This document shows, piece by piece, positions 21,630-34,369 of a DNA stretch of 64,000 nucleotides. Below the pieces are notes generated by a model. It searched no databases and was not told the origin of the DNA. It saw nothing but the letters and a program-made list of their open reading frames with translations. The stretch lies in NCBI GenBank assembly GCA_030390025.1, contig CM059432.1:86740001-86804000 (forward strand). Direction: 5' to 3'. Origin of the DNA: Squalus acanthias (taxonomy: Eukaryota). The translations under genes and the position numbers were made by a program. The stretch's first letter is position 1. Every line of letters starts with the position of its first letter.

Positions 21630-24510
21630 CAAGAAATAGGAGCAGGAGTAGGCCATACAGCCCCTCGAGCCTGCTCCGTCATTCATTAAGATTCATTAAG
21701 ATCATGGCTGAACTTCTACATCTCCACTTTCCTGCCTTATCCCCATATCCCTTGATTCCCTTAGTGCCCAAAACTCTATCGATCTGAGTCCTGAACATAC
21801 TCATCAACTGAGCATCCATAGCCTCTGTGGTAGAGAATTCCAAAGATTCACAACCCTGAGTAAAGAAATTTCTCCTCATCTCAGTCCTAGATAGCCGACC
21901 CCATCAGCAAGGTAGATGCAGAGAGGATGTTTCCCCTCGTGGGGAAATCTAGAACTCGGGGGCATAGTTTCAGAATAAAGGGTCACCTTTTTAGAACTGA
22001 GATGAGGAGGAGTTTCTTCTCTCAGAGGATCGTGAATCTGTGGAATTCTCTGCCCCAGAGAGCTGTGGAGGCTGGGTCATTGAATACATTTGAGGTGGAG
22101 ATAGACAGATTTTTGCAAGATAAGGGAGTGAAGGGTTATGGGGAGCGGGCAGGGAAGTGGCTTTGAGCCCAAGATCAGCCATGATCTTATTGAATGGCGG
22201 AGCGGGCTCGAGGGACCAAGTGGCCTATTCCTGCTCCTATTTCTTATGTTCTTATCCTGAGACCATTACTCCTAGTTCTAGACTCTCCAGTCAGAGAATC
22301 AGCCTCCCAGCATCTACCCTGTCAAGCCCTCTGACAATTTTATACATTTCAATGAGGTCACCTCTCATTCTTTTAAACTTCAGAGAATATAGGCCCATTC
22401 TATTCAATCTCTCCTCATAGGACAGCCCTCTCACCCCCGAGAATCAATCTAGTGAAGATTTGGTGCACCCCCTCTAAGGCAAGTATGTCCTTCCTTAACT
22501 AACGAGACCAAAACTGTACGCAGTACTCCAGGTGTGGTCTCACCAAAGCCCTATATAATTGCAGCAAGACTTCCTTACTATTATATTCCAAACCCCTTGC
22601 AATAATAGCTAACATATCATTGGTCTTCCTAATTGCTTGCTGTACCTGCATGTTAACTTTGTGATTCGTGTACAAGAACACCAAAATCCCTCTGAATACC
22701 AACATTTACTAGTGTCTCACCTTTTTAAAAAATTCTGCTTTTCCATTCTTCCTACCAAAGTGGGATAATTTCACACTTCCCCATATTATTCTCCATCTGC
22801 CATTTTCGTGCCCAATCATTTAACCAGTCTATATCCCTTTGCAGCTTCTTGCGTCCTCTGCACAGCTTACTTTCCCACCTAGCTTTGTATCGTCAGCAAA
22901 CTTGGATATATTAGTCGGTCCCCTCATCCAAGTCATTGATATTAGATTATAAATAGCTGAGGCCCAAGCACTGATCCTTGCGGCACTCTACTAGTTACAT
23001 CCTGCCATCCCAAAAATGACCTGTTTATTCCTACTCTCTTTTCTGTCGGTTAACCAATCCTCAATCCAAGCTAATATATTACCCCCAATCCCATGAACCA
23101 TGATTTTGTGTAATAACCTCTTGTGTGGCACCTTATTGAATGCCTTCTGAAAATCCAAATATACTGCATCCACTGGTTCCCCCTTATCTACCTTGCTAGT
23201 TACAGCCACAAAAAACTTTAATAGATCTGTAAACACTATTTCTCTTTCATAAAACCACTGAAACTGACTAATCATATTCTGATTTTCCAAGTGCCCTGTT
23301 ACCATGTCCTTAATAATAGTTTGAGCATTTTCCCTCCTACTGATTGCTGGCTAACTGGTCTTGTTTTCTCTCTCCCGCCTTTCTTGAACAGCAGGGTTAC
23401 ATTTGCTACCTTCCAATCCACAGGAACCATTCTAGAATCTAGGGAACTCTGGAAGATCAAAACCAATACATCCACTATCTCTGCAGCGACCTCTTAAAAC
23501 CCTAGGATGTAGGCCATCAGATCCAGGGGATTTGTTGGTTTTTAGTCACATTAATTTCTCCAGTACTTTTCCTTTACTAATATTAATTACTTTAAGTTTC
23601 TCACTCTCATTAGACCATTGGCTCCTCTCAATTTCCGTTATGTTCTATGTGTCTTCTACTGTGAAGACAGATACAAAACATTTGTTTAACGTCTCTGCCA
23701 TTTCTTTATTCCCCATTATAATCTTTCCTGTCTCTGCCTCTCGGGATTACTTTCTCTAATCTCTTTCTTTTTACATGCAATGTCTGCACCTCAGACTCCA
23801 GCTCAACAACGCTGAGCCGAAGTTCCTCGAGTTGCAGACACTTACTACAGATGAGGTTGCCTGGGATCATGCTGCTCTCCACAAATTCCCACATGCTGCA
23901 GATGCGACACACCTCCTGTACGGCCATCTCTATCCAACCTTGTTTTATATATTTAATTAATTAAAGTTTTATGTAATTAATTCACGGTTATTTTTTTTAG
24001 TTTTTTTTTAAACTAATTAATTTAACTAGTTTAAATTATTATATTAATAAAGTTTAGTTTTAGGTTCCTAGTTTACACCACTCCCCTAGCTTAGAGAGCA
24101 AGAAAATGTATTACTCACCAACCATCTTGTGACGTCGCCAGATCTGGGAGTTGTTTACCCCAGCCAAATGGACGCGACTGGAAAATCTCACTCTTTTTTA
24201 AACCCAGTTTAATTATCCTAGTTCTTTATCTTAGGTAATTATGTTTTAGTCTGTGTTAAGTTTTTCTTAATATGCACACTAACTTACAGTGAGCGCTAAA
24301 ACACTGAACAAAATTTTAAGTAATTACTGCCTCAAGCTTACACAAACCACGAGTATTAAAGGCAAAAAGGAGCACCTCCCCCTCACCCACCCACCCCCCA
24401 ACTGCACCGAATTCCCACTCTCGCCAAATTCTCAACTTCCCACTCTGTTTACAATGCACTCCGTTCACATTGTGTTCTGTGGTTTAGCTCTGTGCTCACT
24501 GATGGCTCAC
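21630..24510 (-). mobile_element. CR1 with 5' UTR and ORF1 zinc-finger start joined directly to ORF2 RT (internal deletion)
   Basis: MAVQEVCRICSMWE...ICSKCLQLEELRL (23706-23927) abuts RT-region sequence ([20 protein letters not shown]); 3' tail at ~21630. Confidence 0.85.
21905..22254 (+). mobile_element. CR1 3' end nested in opposite orientation
   Basis: MFPLVGKSRTRGHS...WNSLP; TTCTTATG tail. Confidence 0.85.
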
Positions 24511-24764
24511 TGTGCCTTTAAGAAAATATGATTGCTGCATTTAATAACTTTCTTTCCTCAATGCACAAACCATAGCTTTAAAATAATGCACTATTTGCAC
24601 AAAGAGTATTAACACAAATGTCTATCCATTAATTACTTCAATGTAGTTGGGTGCTTTCCTCAAAGTCAACGTTGGCACCAAAAGTATTAAAAACATTTCA
24701 TCTCGCTTCCCTGATGTCTTAGTTGGATGATACTAAACCACACATTGGAGGATCAAGTTCAATT

Positions 24765-24918
24765 TCTTTTTATTCATTCTTGTGAAAATGGGCATCGCTG
24801 GCAAGGCCACATATATTTCCCATCCCTGGTTGGGCCTTCTTGAACTGCTGCAGTCTGTGTGTTGAAGGTGCTCCCACAATGCTGTTAAGATAGGGAGTTG
24901 CAGGATATTGATCCAGCG
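24765..24918 (-). mobile_element. LINE 3' tail (same type as 50952-51207)
   Basis: TTATTCATTC...GGGCATCGCTGGCAAGGCC...TTCTTGAACTGCTGCAGTC. Confidence 0.65.
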
Positions 24919-25177
24919 ACGGCACGTTAGCTGATCTCACCCAGGGCAACAGCTGAAATACTACAATTAGTCTCCCTGTGCTAGGGAAAGGGGAAAAAAT
25001 GTGCTTATATAGGATAAGGGCAGGAACAAGCTCAACTGCAACAGCCTTGACAACTGAAAAATTAGCTGACATGCTCAGGCGAGGCTCACAAATAAATAGT
25101 GCCCACTTAAGCAACATATTGGAGAGTTGCAAGCAAACATGGGACCAAATCCCAGCATGAGCCAAAAGCTTGGTAAA

Positions 25178-26100
25178 AGAGCTAGGTTTTAAGGAGCATC
25201 TTAACGGAGGCGAGAGAGGTAGAGAGGCTAAAGGAGGGAATTCCAGAGCTTAGGGCCAAGGCAGCTGAAAGCATGGCCACCAATGGTGGAGCAATTAAAA
25301 TCAGGGATGCTCAAGATGCCAGAATTGGAGGAGTGCAGAGGTCTCGAAGGCTTCTAGGACTGGAGGAGGTTACAGAGATAGGGAGAGGCGAGGCCATGGA
25401 TGGATTTGAAAACAAGGGTGAAGTTTTTTAAATTAAGGAGTTGTCGGACCGGGAGGCAGTGTAGGTCAGCAAGCACGGGGTGGTGGGTAAACGAGACTTG
25501 GTGCGAGTTAGGATACGGGCAGCAGAGTTTTGGATGAGCACAAGTTTATGTAGGGTGGAAGATGGGAGGCCGGCCAGGAGAGCATTGGGATAGTCAAGTC
25601 AAGTAACAAAAGCATGGATGAGGGTTTCAGCAGCCGATGAGCTGAGGCAGGGTTGGAGTCGGGCGATGTTACAGAGGTGTAAGTAAGCAGTCTTGGTGAA
25701 GAAGCAGATATGTGGTCAGAAGCTCACCTTGGGGTAAAACACAACACTAAGGTTGCGAACGGTCTGGCTCAACTTCAGAGAGTTGCCAAGGAGAGGGATG
25801 GAAACTGTGGTCATGGAATGGAGTTTGTGGTGGGGACCAAAGACAATGGCTTCCATCTTCCCAATATTTAGTTGGAGAAAATTTCTGCTCATCCAGTACT
25901 GGATGTCAGTCTGACAATTTAGAGACAGTGGAGGGATCAAGAGAGGTGGTGCTGGGGTAGAGCTGGGTGTCGTCAGCGTATATGTGGAAACTGACGCTGC
26001 GTTTTCAGATGATGTCTCCGTAGATGAGATGAGAAATAGGAGGGGGCCAAGGATAGAACCTTGGGGGACATCAGAGGCAAAGATGCAGGAGTGGGAAGAG
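25178..26100 (-). mobile_element. L2-clade LINE, RT C-terminal half
   Basis: DVPQGSILGPLLFLI, WMSRNFLQLNIGKMEAIVFG, VRNLSV (ORF 25716-26345). Confidence 0.85.
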
Positions 26101-26295
26101 AATGTACTGCCTGGAACGGTGGTAGAAGCAGATTGAATAGTAACTTTCAAAAGGGAATTGCATGTATGCTTGAAAAAGGAAACATTTGCAGGGCTATGGG
26201 AAAGGAGCAGGGGTGTGGGATTAATTGGAGAGCTCATGAGCAGGCACAGGCACAATAGGCCGAATGGCCTCCTTTTGTGCTGTATGATTCTATAT
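26100..26295 (+). mobile_element. CR1 3' end
   Basis: GGCCGAATGGCCTCCT...GATTCTAT tail. Confidence 0.75.
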
Positions 26296-26999
26296 GTGCT
26301 CAATGTGCTGGGTGCAACACACAGTACTTTAGCAAATGCATCCATGGATAACGGAACAGGTAATTGTGCAGCTTGAGGTCACATACTATTATCTATCAAT
26401 TACAATCAGTCCAGAATTTCCTGGAGACTTGTGCCATTGCAGTTGTAGGGCCTGTTTTACGCTGCAAAGGTGCCAATAAATTATGACGCAAGTGACTTTC
26501 GCCGTTTCTCACGCAACGCTATCATTTCCTAGGACTTTAATGCCGCTCTGCTGTTACCCTCGCCAAAACAGTGAGAAGTTAATCATAGATCCGCACCCAT
26601 TAAAATCAATGTTGATTGTGCCACTTCCACTTAAGACTAAAGTAATGACGCTAGTGGGCCCTTGGTGACCTGGCAGGGGTGTGACTTATGGCTCCCGTAT
26701 CAGTTAGAAAAAAAGTAAAACTGACTTCAGTATTTTGGCCTAGCTCTGATTTAAAGTACCAATTTTTCAAATGGAGAGAGGCAGCCATTGAAAAACTGAC
26801 ACGCTATAGTGTACGCTGCAGTACAATTCGGAACTCAATAATCAGTCCTTGTGACACTGAGCACCTTTGTGTTTCTAAATATGAGGCGTGTCTGGCCTTC
26901 TTAGGATAAGCATGAAGCCAGTTATTTCACATTTTCAAGAGACCAGGAGCTTGCACTGAATTCTTAACTGTTTAATAACTTTAGTCAAGGCAGTTCTGT

Positions 27000-28682
27000 C
27001 CTAGATGTAATATCTCCAAGTTTGCAGATGACACAAAGCTGGGTGGGCGTGTGTGCTGTGAGGGGGATGCAGAGAAACTCCAGTATGATTTGGACAGGTT
27101 GGGTGATTGGGCAGATGCAGTATAATGTGGATAAATGCGAGGTTATCCACTTTGGTGGCAAAAACAGGAAGGCAGATTAATGGGCCAAAAATTGATGCCG
27201 CTACGCGAGAGTACGCACTGTGTACTCTCGCGTATTCTCTCTCCAATTGCCGGTTTTCTGCATGCCCTGCGCATGTGCTGAAAACCGGCACTTGGTTTTT
27301 GGAAAAGGGGGCGGTTCCTCGGTGCACCGCGTGCGCGCTACAGGCTGCGCGCACGCTGTGCACTTAGTGCTTTGGACGCGCAGGTAAGGACGGAAGATTT
27401 TAGAAATGAAAAAAGGAGGAGTAAGACCCACTTTTAACAAGGTAAGTAGTGAATTAAGTATTATTTTGAATTTTTTTTAACAGGTATATCTTTTTTAGAG
27501 ACTTTAAAGACAGGTAAGTTTATTTTTATAACTTTTTAAAAGATTTTAAATTTTTTCAAAAATTTAATTTTTTATTTAAAATGGTTAATTTATTTAACTA
27601 TACTTATTTTATTAATGTGATGGTTTTTTTTTTTAATTTAATTGAGGTTTAGCTGTTATTTTGGGGGTGTGTAAGATTCATAGCTTTCACAGCACGTATG
27701 TGAAACTTATGAATGGAAGATGGTGTGCTGCCATTGGCTCTAACTGAGTCACGTGATCCCACAGCTCGCACGAATTCACTACGCCGGTGGGATACGCAAG
27801 CACTGCCCAGCTGATGTCTAGAACATCAAGTTCGTGCGAGCTGGATCTGAAAAAGCCAACGCGGAGTGAGAGATCGCGCCTGCTCCTTACCCCCGCGGGA
27901 ACAGAGCGAGATCAATTTCTGGGCCATTATCTGAATGGCAATAGATTGGGAGAAGGGGAAGTGCAACGAGACCTGGGTGTCCTTGTGCACCAGTCGCTGA
28001 AGGTAAGCATGCAGGTGCAGCAGGCGGTTAAGAAGGCAAATGGTATGTTGGCCTTCGTAGCGAGAGGATTCGAGTACAGGAGCAAGGATGTCTTGCTGCA
28101 GTTGTACAGGGCCTTGGTGAGACCACACCTTGAGTATTGTGTGCAGTTTTGGTCGCCTTATCTGAGGAAGGATGTTCTTGCCATGGAGGGAGTGCAGCGA
28201 TGATTCACCAGACTGATACCTGGGATGGCAGGAATGACGTATGAGGAGAGATTGGGTTGATTGGGCTTATATTCGCTGGAGTTAAGAGAGGGGATCTCAT
28301 TGAAACTTATAAAATTCTAACAGGACTAGACAGACTAGATGCAGGAAGGATGTTCCCGATGGCGGGGAGTCCAGAACCAGGGGTCACAGTCTAAGGATAA
28401 GGGGTAAGCCATTTAGGACAGAGTTGAGGAGGAATTTCTTCACCCAGAGAGTGGTGAACCTGTGGAATTCTCTACCACAGAAGGCAGTTGAGGAATATAT
28501 TTAATGAATTGACAAGAAGGAGTTAGATATATTTCTTAAGGCTAAAGGGATCAAGGGATATGGGGAGAAAGCAGGGACAGGGTACTGAATTTGGATGATC
28601 AGTCATGATCTCATTAAATGGCGGAGCAGGCTCGAGGGGCCGAATGGCCTACCCCTGCTCCTATCTTCTATGTTTCTATGTC
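27000..28682 (+). mobile_element. CR1 3' portion interrupted by a MITE
   Basis: [36 protein letters not shown]; (TTCTATG)n tail. Confidence 0.9.
27182..27925 (-). mobile_element. ~744-bp PIF/Harbinger-like non-autonomous element, copy 1 (inverted relative to copies 2 and 3)
   Basis: Imperfect TIRs GGGCCAAAAATTGAT / ATCAATTTCTGGGCC; flanks AAT/ATT; near-exact reverse complement of 30034-30776. Confidence 0.88.
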
Positions 28683-28803
28683 CTACCTGCTGGGAATGTG
28701 TCCAGTTAAACTTGCACAACCACAATTCAAGACAGGTCACTGTTCAATAAGTTGTCAGAAAGGACCGTTCAGGCAGTTGGTGATAGTAGCATTAAGAGAC
28801 AAT

Positions 28804-29543
28804 GGCCCAGAAATTAAACACTGAGTGTTCACGCGGCAGTAAGGCTTCCCCGCGATATCTCACTCCGCGCCTACCTTTTTCCTCCGGGCCCACACGAACT
28901 TTAGTTTCAAGGCTGCAGCTGTGCAGTGCTTGCGTGACCCAGAGACGCAATTAGTTCGTGCGAGCTCTGGGATCACTTGATTCAGTTCGAGCCAATGGCA
29001 GCACACCATCTTTCATTCATAGTTTTAACAGCAAGGGCTGTCAAAGCTATGAATCCTACACACCCCCAAAAGAACAGCTAAACCTCAATAAAAAATTTTT
29101 TAAAAGCCATCACATTAATAAAATAAGTATAGTTAAATAAATTAACCACTTTAAACAAAAAATTAAATTTTTGAAAAAATTTAAAATCTTTTTAAAAGTT
29201 ATAAAAATAAACTTACCTTTCTTTAAAGTCTCTAAAAAAGATAAACCTGTTGAAAAAAATTTAAAATACTTAATTAACTACTTACCTTGTTAAAAGAGGG
29301 TCTTACGCCTCCTTTCTTTGTGTAAAATCTTCCATGCTTACCTGCGCGTTCAAAGCACTAAGTGCACTGCGTGCGCGCAGCCTGTAGCGCGCACGCGGTT
29401 CACTTAGGAACCGCCCCCTTTTGAATTCACGAAGTGCCGGTTTCCCGCGCATGCGCAGTGCATGCAGGAAACCGGCAATTGGAGACCTAAAACGCGAGAG
29501 TACACAGTGCGTACTCTCGCGTATTAGGTCTAATTTTCGGGCC
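28804..29543 (+). mobile_element. Same MITE family, divergent subfamily, copy 2
   Basis: GGCCCAGAAATT...AATTTTCGGGCC with AAT TSD; colinear with copy 3. Confidence 0.88.
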
Positions 29544-30033
29544 AATTATATGTGCTGGTCTCGTGAGATGGGTAAGTGGTGTGTGAAATTGTACCATCAA
29601 CTGGATCAGGTGGGCTTGATGGGCCTGATGATCTTGTCCCAGCCTTTTTATGTATTTGTAGGATTTGTGTAAGTTCTGTCACAAAGAAACACTAATGCAG
29701 TAAATGATCTTTAATCACTTATAATTAGGGTAGAGCTGCCCTTTGATGAAGAAATCTCAAAAGCAGCTAAATTATCAGGGATACCAAGCACGGAATAGTC
29801 CAACAAACCCCTTAAATTTACACTTTTCCCAGGAATTCTACAGCAGAGGACTAAAAATAAAATTTACTGCAAGTCTAAACAAATATTATATTTGCAATTG
29901 AACACATTATTGGTAATAATAGCAATGCTCTCTCTCACTTATTTGTACAATATATACATGGTGCAAGATTCCCTTGTAAGAGCTGTTGAGATAAATCTCA
30001 TTATCATTGCTTGTTAAAATCAGAAAGTACAAT

Positions 30034-30776
30034 GGCCCAGAAATTGATCTCGCTCTGTTCCCGCAGGGGTAAGGCTTCCCCGCGATCTCTCACTCCGCGT
30101 TGGCTTTTTCAGATCCAGCTCGCACGAACTTGATGTTCCAGACATCAGCTGGGCAGTGCTTGCATATCCCACCGGCGTAGTGAATTCGTGCGAGCTGTGG
30201 GATCACGTGACTCAGTTAGAGCCAATGGCAGCACACCATCTTCCATTCATAAGTTTCACATACGTACTGTGAAATCTATGAATCTTACACCCCCCAAAAT
30301 AACAGCTAAACCTCAATTAAATTAGAAAAAAAAACCATCACATTAATAAAATAAGTATAGTTAAATAAATTAACCATTTTAAATAAAAAATTAAATTTTT
30401 GAAAAAATTTAAAATCTTTTAAAAAGTTATAAAAATAAACTTACCTGTCTTTAAAGTCTCTAAAAAAGATATACCTGTTAAAAAAAATTCAAAAAAATAC
30501 TTAATTCACTACTTACCTTGTTAAAAGTGGGTCTTACTCCTCCTTTTTCCATTTCTAAAATCTTCCGTCTTTACCTGCGCGTCCAAAGCACAAAGTGCAC
30601 AGCGTGCGCGCAGCCTGTAGCGCGCACGCGATGCACCGAGGAACCGCCCCCTTTTCAAAAGACCAAGTGCCGGTTTTCAGCGCATGCGCAGGGCATGCAG
30701 AAAACCGGCAATTGGAGAGAGAATACGCGAGAGTACGCAGTGCGTACTCTCGCGCAGCGGGATGAATTTTTGGCCC
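30034..30776 (+). mobile_element. Same MITE family, copy 3
   Basis: GGCCCAGAAATT...AATTTTTGGCCC with AAT TSD (30031-30033, 30777-30779). Confidence 0.9.
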
Positions 30777-31042
30777 AATATCAATTTTGGTTAAACCATT
30801 TGGAAATCTGTCTGTCATGATACCAGCTGATGGCAAAAAAAGAGCACGCAACAAATGACCAGAAAACAAACAGCTCCCTGCTGCCCGAAACTCCATTTGT
30901 GTCTACTGTAAAGAATAACAGGTTGCGGTGTGTTTGCAGTGTGGTTTACCAATGTCATCTCATCTTGGGGTTTAGATGACATCGACAAATCACACAAGTG
31001 TCACTTAGTTTATGGTATCACCTCAACCCTCGAAGGCCTTAT

Positions 31043-33015
31043 AACATAAGAATTAGGAGCAGGAGTAGGCCATACGGCCCCTCAAGCCTGCTCCACCATT
31101 CAATAATATCATGGCTGATCTTCAACCTCAACTCCACTTAACCGCCTGATCTCCATACCCCACGATTCTCAGAGTCCAAAAATCTATCTCTCTCTCTCAG
31201 CCTTGAATATCTCAACAATTCAGCATCCACAGCCCTTTAGGGTAGAGAATTCCAAAGATTCACAACCCTCTGAGTGAAGAAATTCCTCCTCATCACAGTC
31301 TTAAATGGCCGACCCCTTATCCCAGGACTGTGCCCCCTAGTTCTAGACTCGCCAGCCAGGGGAGACAACCTCTCAGCATCTATCCTGTCAATCCCCCTCA
31401 GAATCTTAAATGTTTCAATGAGATCACCTCTCATTCTTCAAAACCCCAGAGGGTATAGGCCCAATCTACTCAATCTCTCCTCATAGGAAAAACCTCTCAT
31501 CCCAGGGATCAATCTAGTGAACCTTCGTTGCACCGCCTCTAAGGCATGTATGTCCTTCCTCAGATAAGGAGACCAAAACTGTGCACAGTACTCCAGGTGT
31601 GGTCTCACCAAGGCCCTGTACAATAGTAGTAAGACTTCCTTACTCTTGAACTCCAAGCCTCTTTCAATAAAGGCCAACATGCCATTTGCCTTCCTAATTG
31701 CTTGCTGTACCTGCATGTTAACTCTGTTTCCTGTACGAGGACACCTAAATCTCTCCAAACACCAACATTTAATAGTTTCTCACCATTTAAAAAATATTCT
31801 GTTTTTCTATTCTTCTTACCAAAGTGAATAACCTCACATTTTCCCACCTTCCACCTTATTGCTCACTAACTTAACCTGTCTGTATCCCTTTTCAGGCTCT
31901 GTGTGTCCTCCTCACAGCTTACTTTCCCACCTAGCTTTGTATCGTCAGCAAACCTGGATACATTGCACTCAGTCCCTTCATCTAACTCACTAATATAGAT
32001 TGTAAATAGCTGAGGCCCAAGCACTGATCCTTGCGGCACCCCACTAGTTACAGCCTGCCATCCGTAAAATGACCCGTTTATCCCTACTCTCTGTTTTCTC
32101 TCCGTTAACCAATCCTCTATCCATGCTAATATATTACCCCCAACCCCATGAGCCCTTATCTTGCGTAACAACTTTTTATGTGGCACCTTATCGAATGCCG
32201 TTTGGAAGTTCAAATATGATACATCCACTGGTTCCCCTTTATCTACCCTGCTAGTTACTTCCTCAAAAAACTCTAATAAATTTGTTAAACATGATTTCCC
32301 TTTCATAAAACCATGTTGTCTCTGCCTAATCATATCATATTATGATTTAAGTGTTCTGTTACCACTTCCTTAATAATGGATTCCAGCATTTTCCTGACAA
32401 CTGACGTCAGGCTAACTGGCCTGCAGCTCCTGGCTTTCTCTCTCCCTCCTTTCTTGAATAGCGGGGTTACATTTGCTACCTTTCAATCCACTGGGACCGT
32501 TCTAAAATCTAGGGAATTCTGGAAGATCACAACCAATGCATCCACTATCTCTGCAGCCACCTCTTAGAACATTCGGATGTAGGCCACCAGGTCCAGAGGA
32601 TTTGTCAGCTTTTAGTCCCATTAGTTTCTCAAGTACTTTTTCTCTACTGATATTAATTACTTTAAGCTCCTCACTCTTATTAGCCCCTTAGTTCCCCACT
32701 ATTTTTGGTACGCATTTTGTGTCTTCTACTGTGAAGACAGATACAAAATATTTGTTTAAACTCTGCCATTTCCTTACTCAGCCTCTAAGGGACCAACGCT
32801 TTCTTTTGCTACTCCCTTTTTACACACTTGTGGAAGCTCTTACAATCTGTTTTTATATTTCTTGCTAGATTACTTTCATTCTATTTTCTCCCTTTTTATC
32901 AATTTTTTGGTCATCCTTTGCTGGTTTCTAAAGCTCTCCCAGTCCTCAGTCTTACTATTATTCTTCGCAACATTATAAGCCTCTTCTATTAATCTAATAC
33001 TATCTTTAACTTCTT
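31043..33015 (-). mobile_element. CR1, 5'-truncated (~2 kb), RT domain
   Basis: ORFs 31866-32333 (QHGFMKGKSCLTNL...[11 protein letters not shown]...FADDTKL), 31438-31758 and 31237-31434. Confidence 0.92.
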
Positions 33016-34369
33016 ATAACATGCCCCAGCCCATGTGCGATTTTGTATGTACTATATCAGGACAAGTAACTTAATTTCCACTCTATGCAGGCACTGGAGC
33101 ACATATGCAGAGTTCTAAAGAGCTCCAGTTTACTTGTATGGGTGGCAATTATAAATTAGCAATGGCTACTCACACTACTACATGAAAGAACTTGGTGTTG
33201 CACTAACCAGCATGTTATAAACAGGGTATGACAGGTGAACTTGACGTCACTGGGAATATGTATAAATGCTCTTGTAATTCCTGTTTTAAATTTCACATAG
33301 CAATCGCACCAAAAACCTACAATACTATAAATATTCAATTTTACTGTCAAAACTCAACTTCCTTTACTCTAGGGTTGGAATTGTTCAGCTTCGACAAAAG
33401 AACACTATTTTCCAAATAAACTAGCCAATTTTTCCAAATAACAAGGAATCATTTCCCTGCCTCAGATAGAAATGCAAGATACAAGATGCTCTATTCTCCC
33501 ACTTAGCTTTAACACTGAGAATGCAGAGTTTAGATATTGTAGCTTGTTCAATTGTACGCTGTTACAACCACAATCTCAAACTATGATGTAGTACTTCCTT
33601 CAGCTACAGTGTTCTTTTGTTACAGCCTCTGAAATAGCACAAATTTGGAATTATTTCTTCAGCTTGAATTTCACCATATACTGGAGATCTCAGGTGTGCA
33701 TTTTCTAAAGCAATGAGACAATATTGTCTGCGATCATGAAGAAAGCCCTTCTAGGTTTAACATACTGTTCTGCTGAAATGACAAATTCCCCTAGTACATT
33801 TTTTTTTGTTGCAAGTCACGTGGTCTATTGTGAAAGTCATATCAGTAATTTTAATCATCTAGTAATAAGTTTTTTTTCAATGCTTTTTAAGTGAAAATTC
33901 AGAGAGTTATTTGGGATTTATTCAGAGACACTAGATGAATAGCTGGAACTAAAACTTGAACCTATAATCACAACTGACCCAACAGATTTTACAAATATAA
34001 TACAAATCCTACCTAACCCCAAGCATTTATCTGCTATCACCCAGTGTAGAATGCAAAGCAGATCAGCAAGTCACAATTAGAATTTATGGAAGTTCATTTT
34101 CTAACATTTTTATTTCATAAAAACACCTTTCAAGGTTTTAAGCTTGGTACATTCTGTACACTTATCAGCAATTCGTGAAGAGGGAAGTTTTTTGATTGAA
34201 ACATCAATATGTATAAAAGGAATGTTACCGACTTGTATCAATTTACAAAATTCTGAACATATGAAATGTTACAATTGAGATAAACTTACCTTTAAGCACT
34301 ATGTGATACAGGAAAAATATTCAACATTTGAGTAACTAAGAAAAAATCTATATTAGATGCTAATAAGAA

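Noticed and set aside
27001..30896. Repeated ORFs such as MLKVGLTPPF...CTACAQPVARTRC in MITE copies
   Set aside because: Arise from GC-rich palindromic MITE ends, run into unrelated flanks, and are not conserved in frame in the divergent copy.
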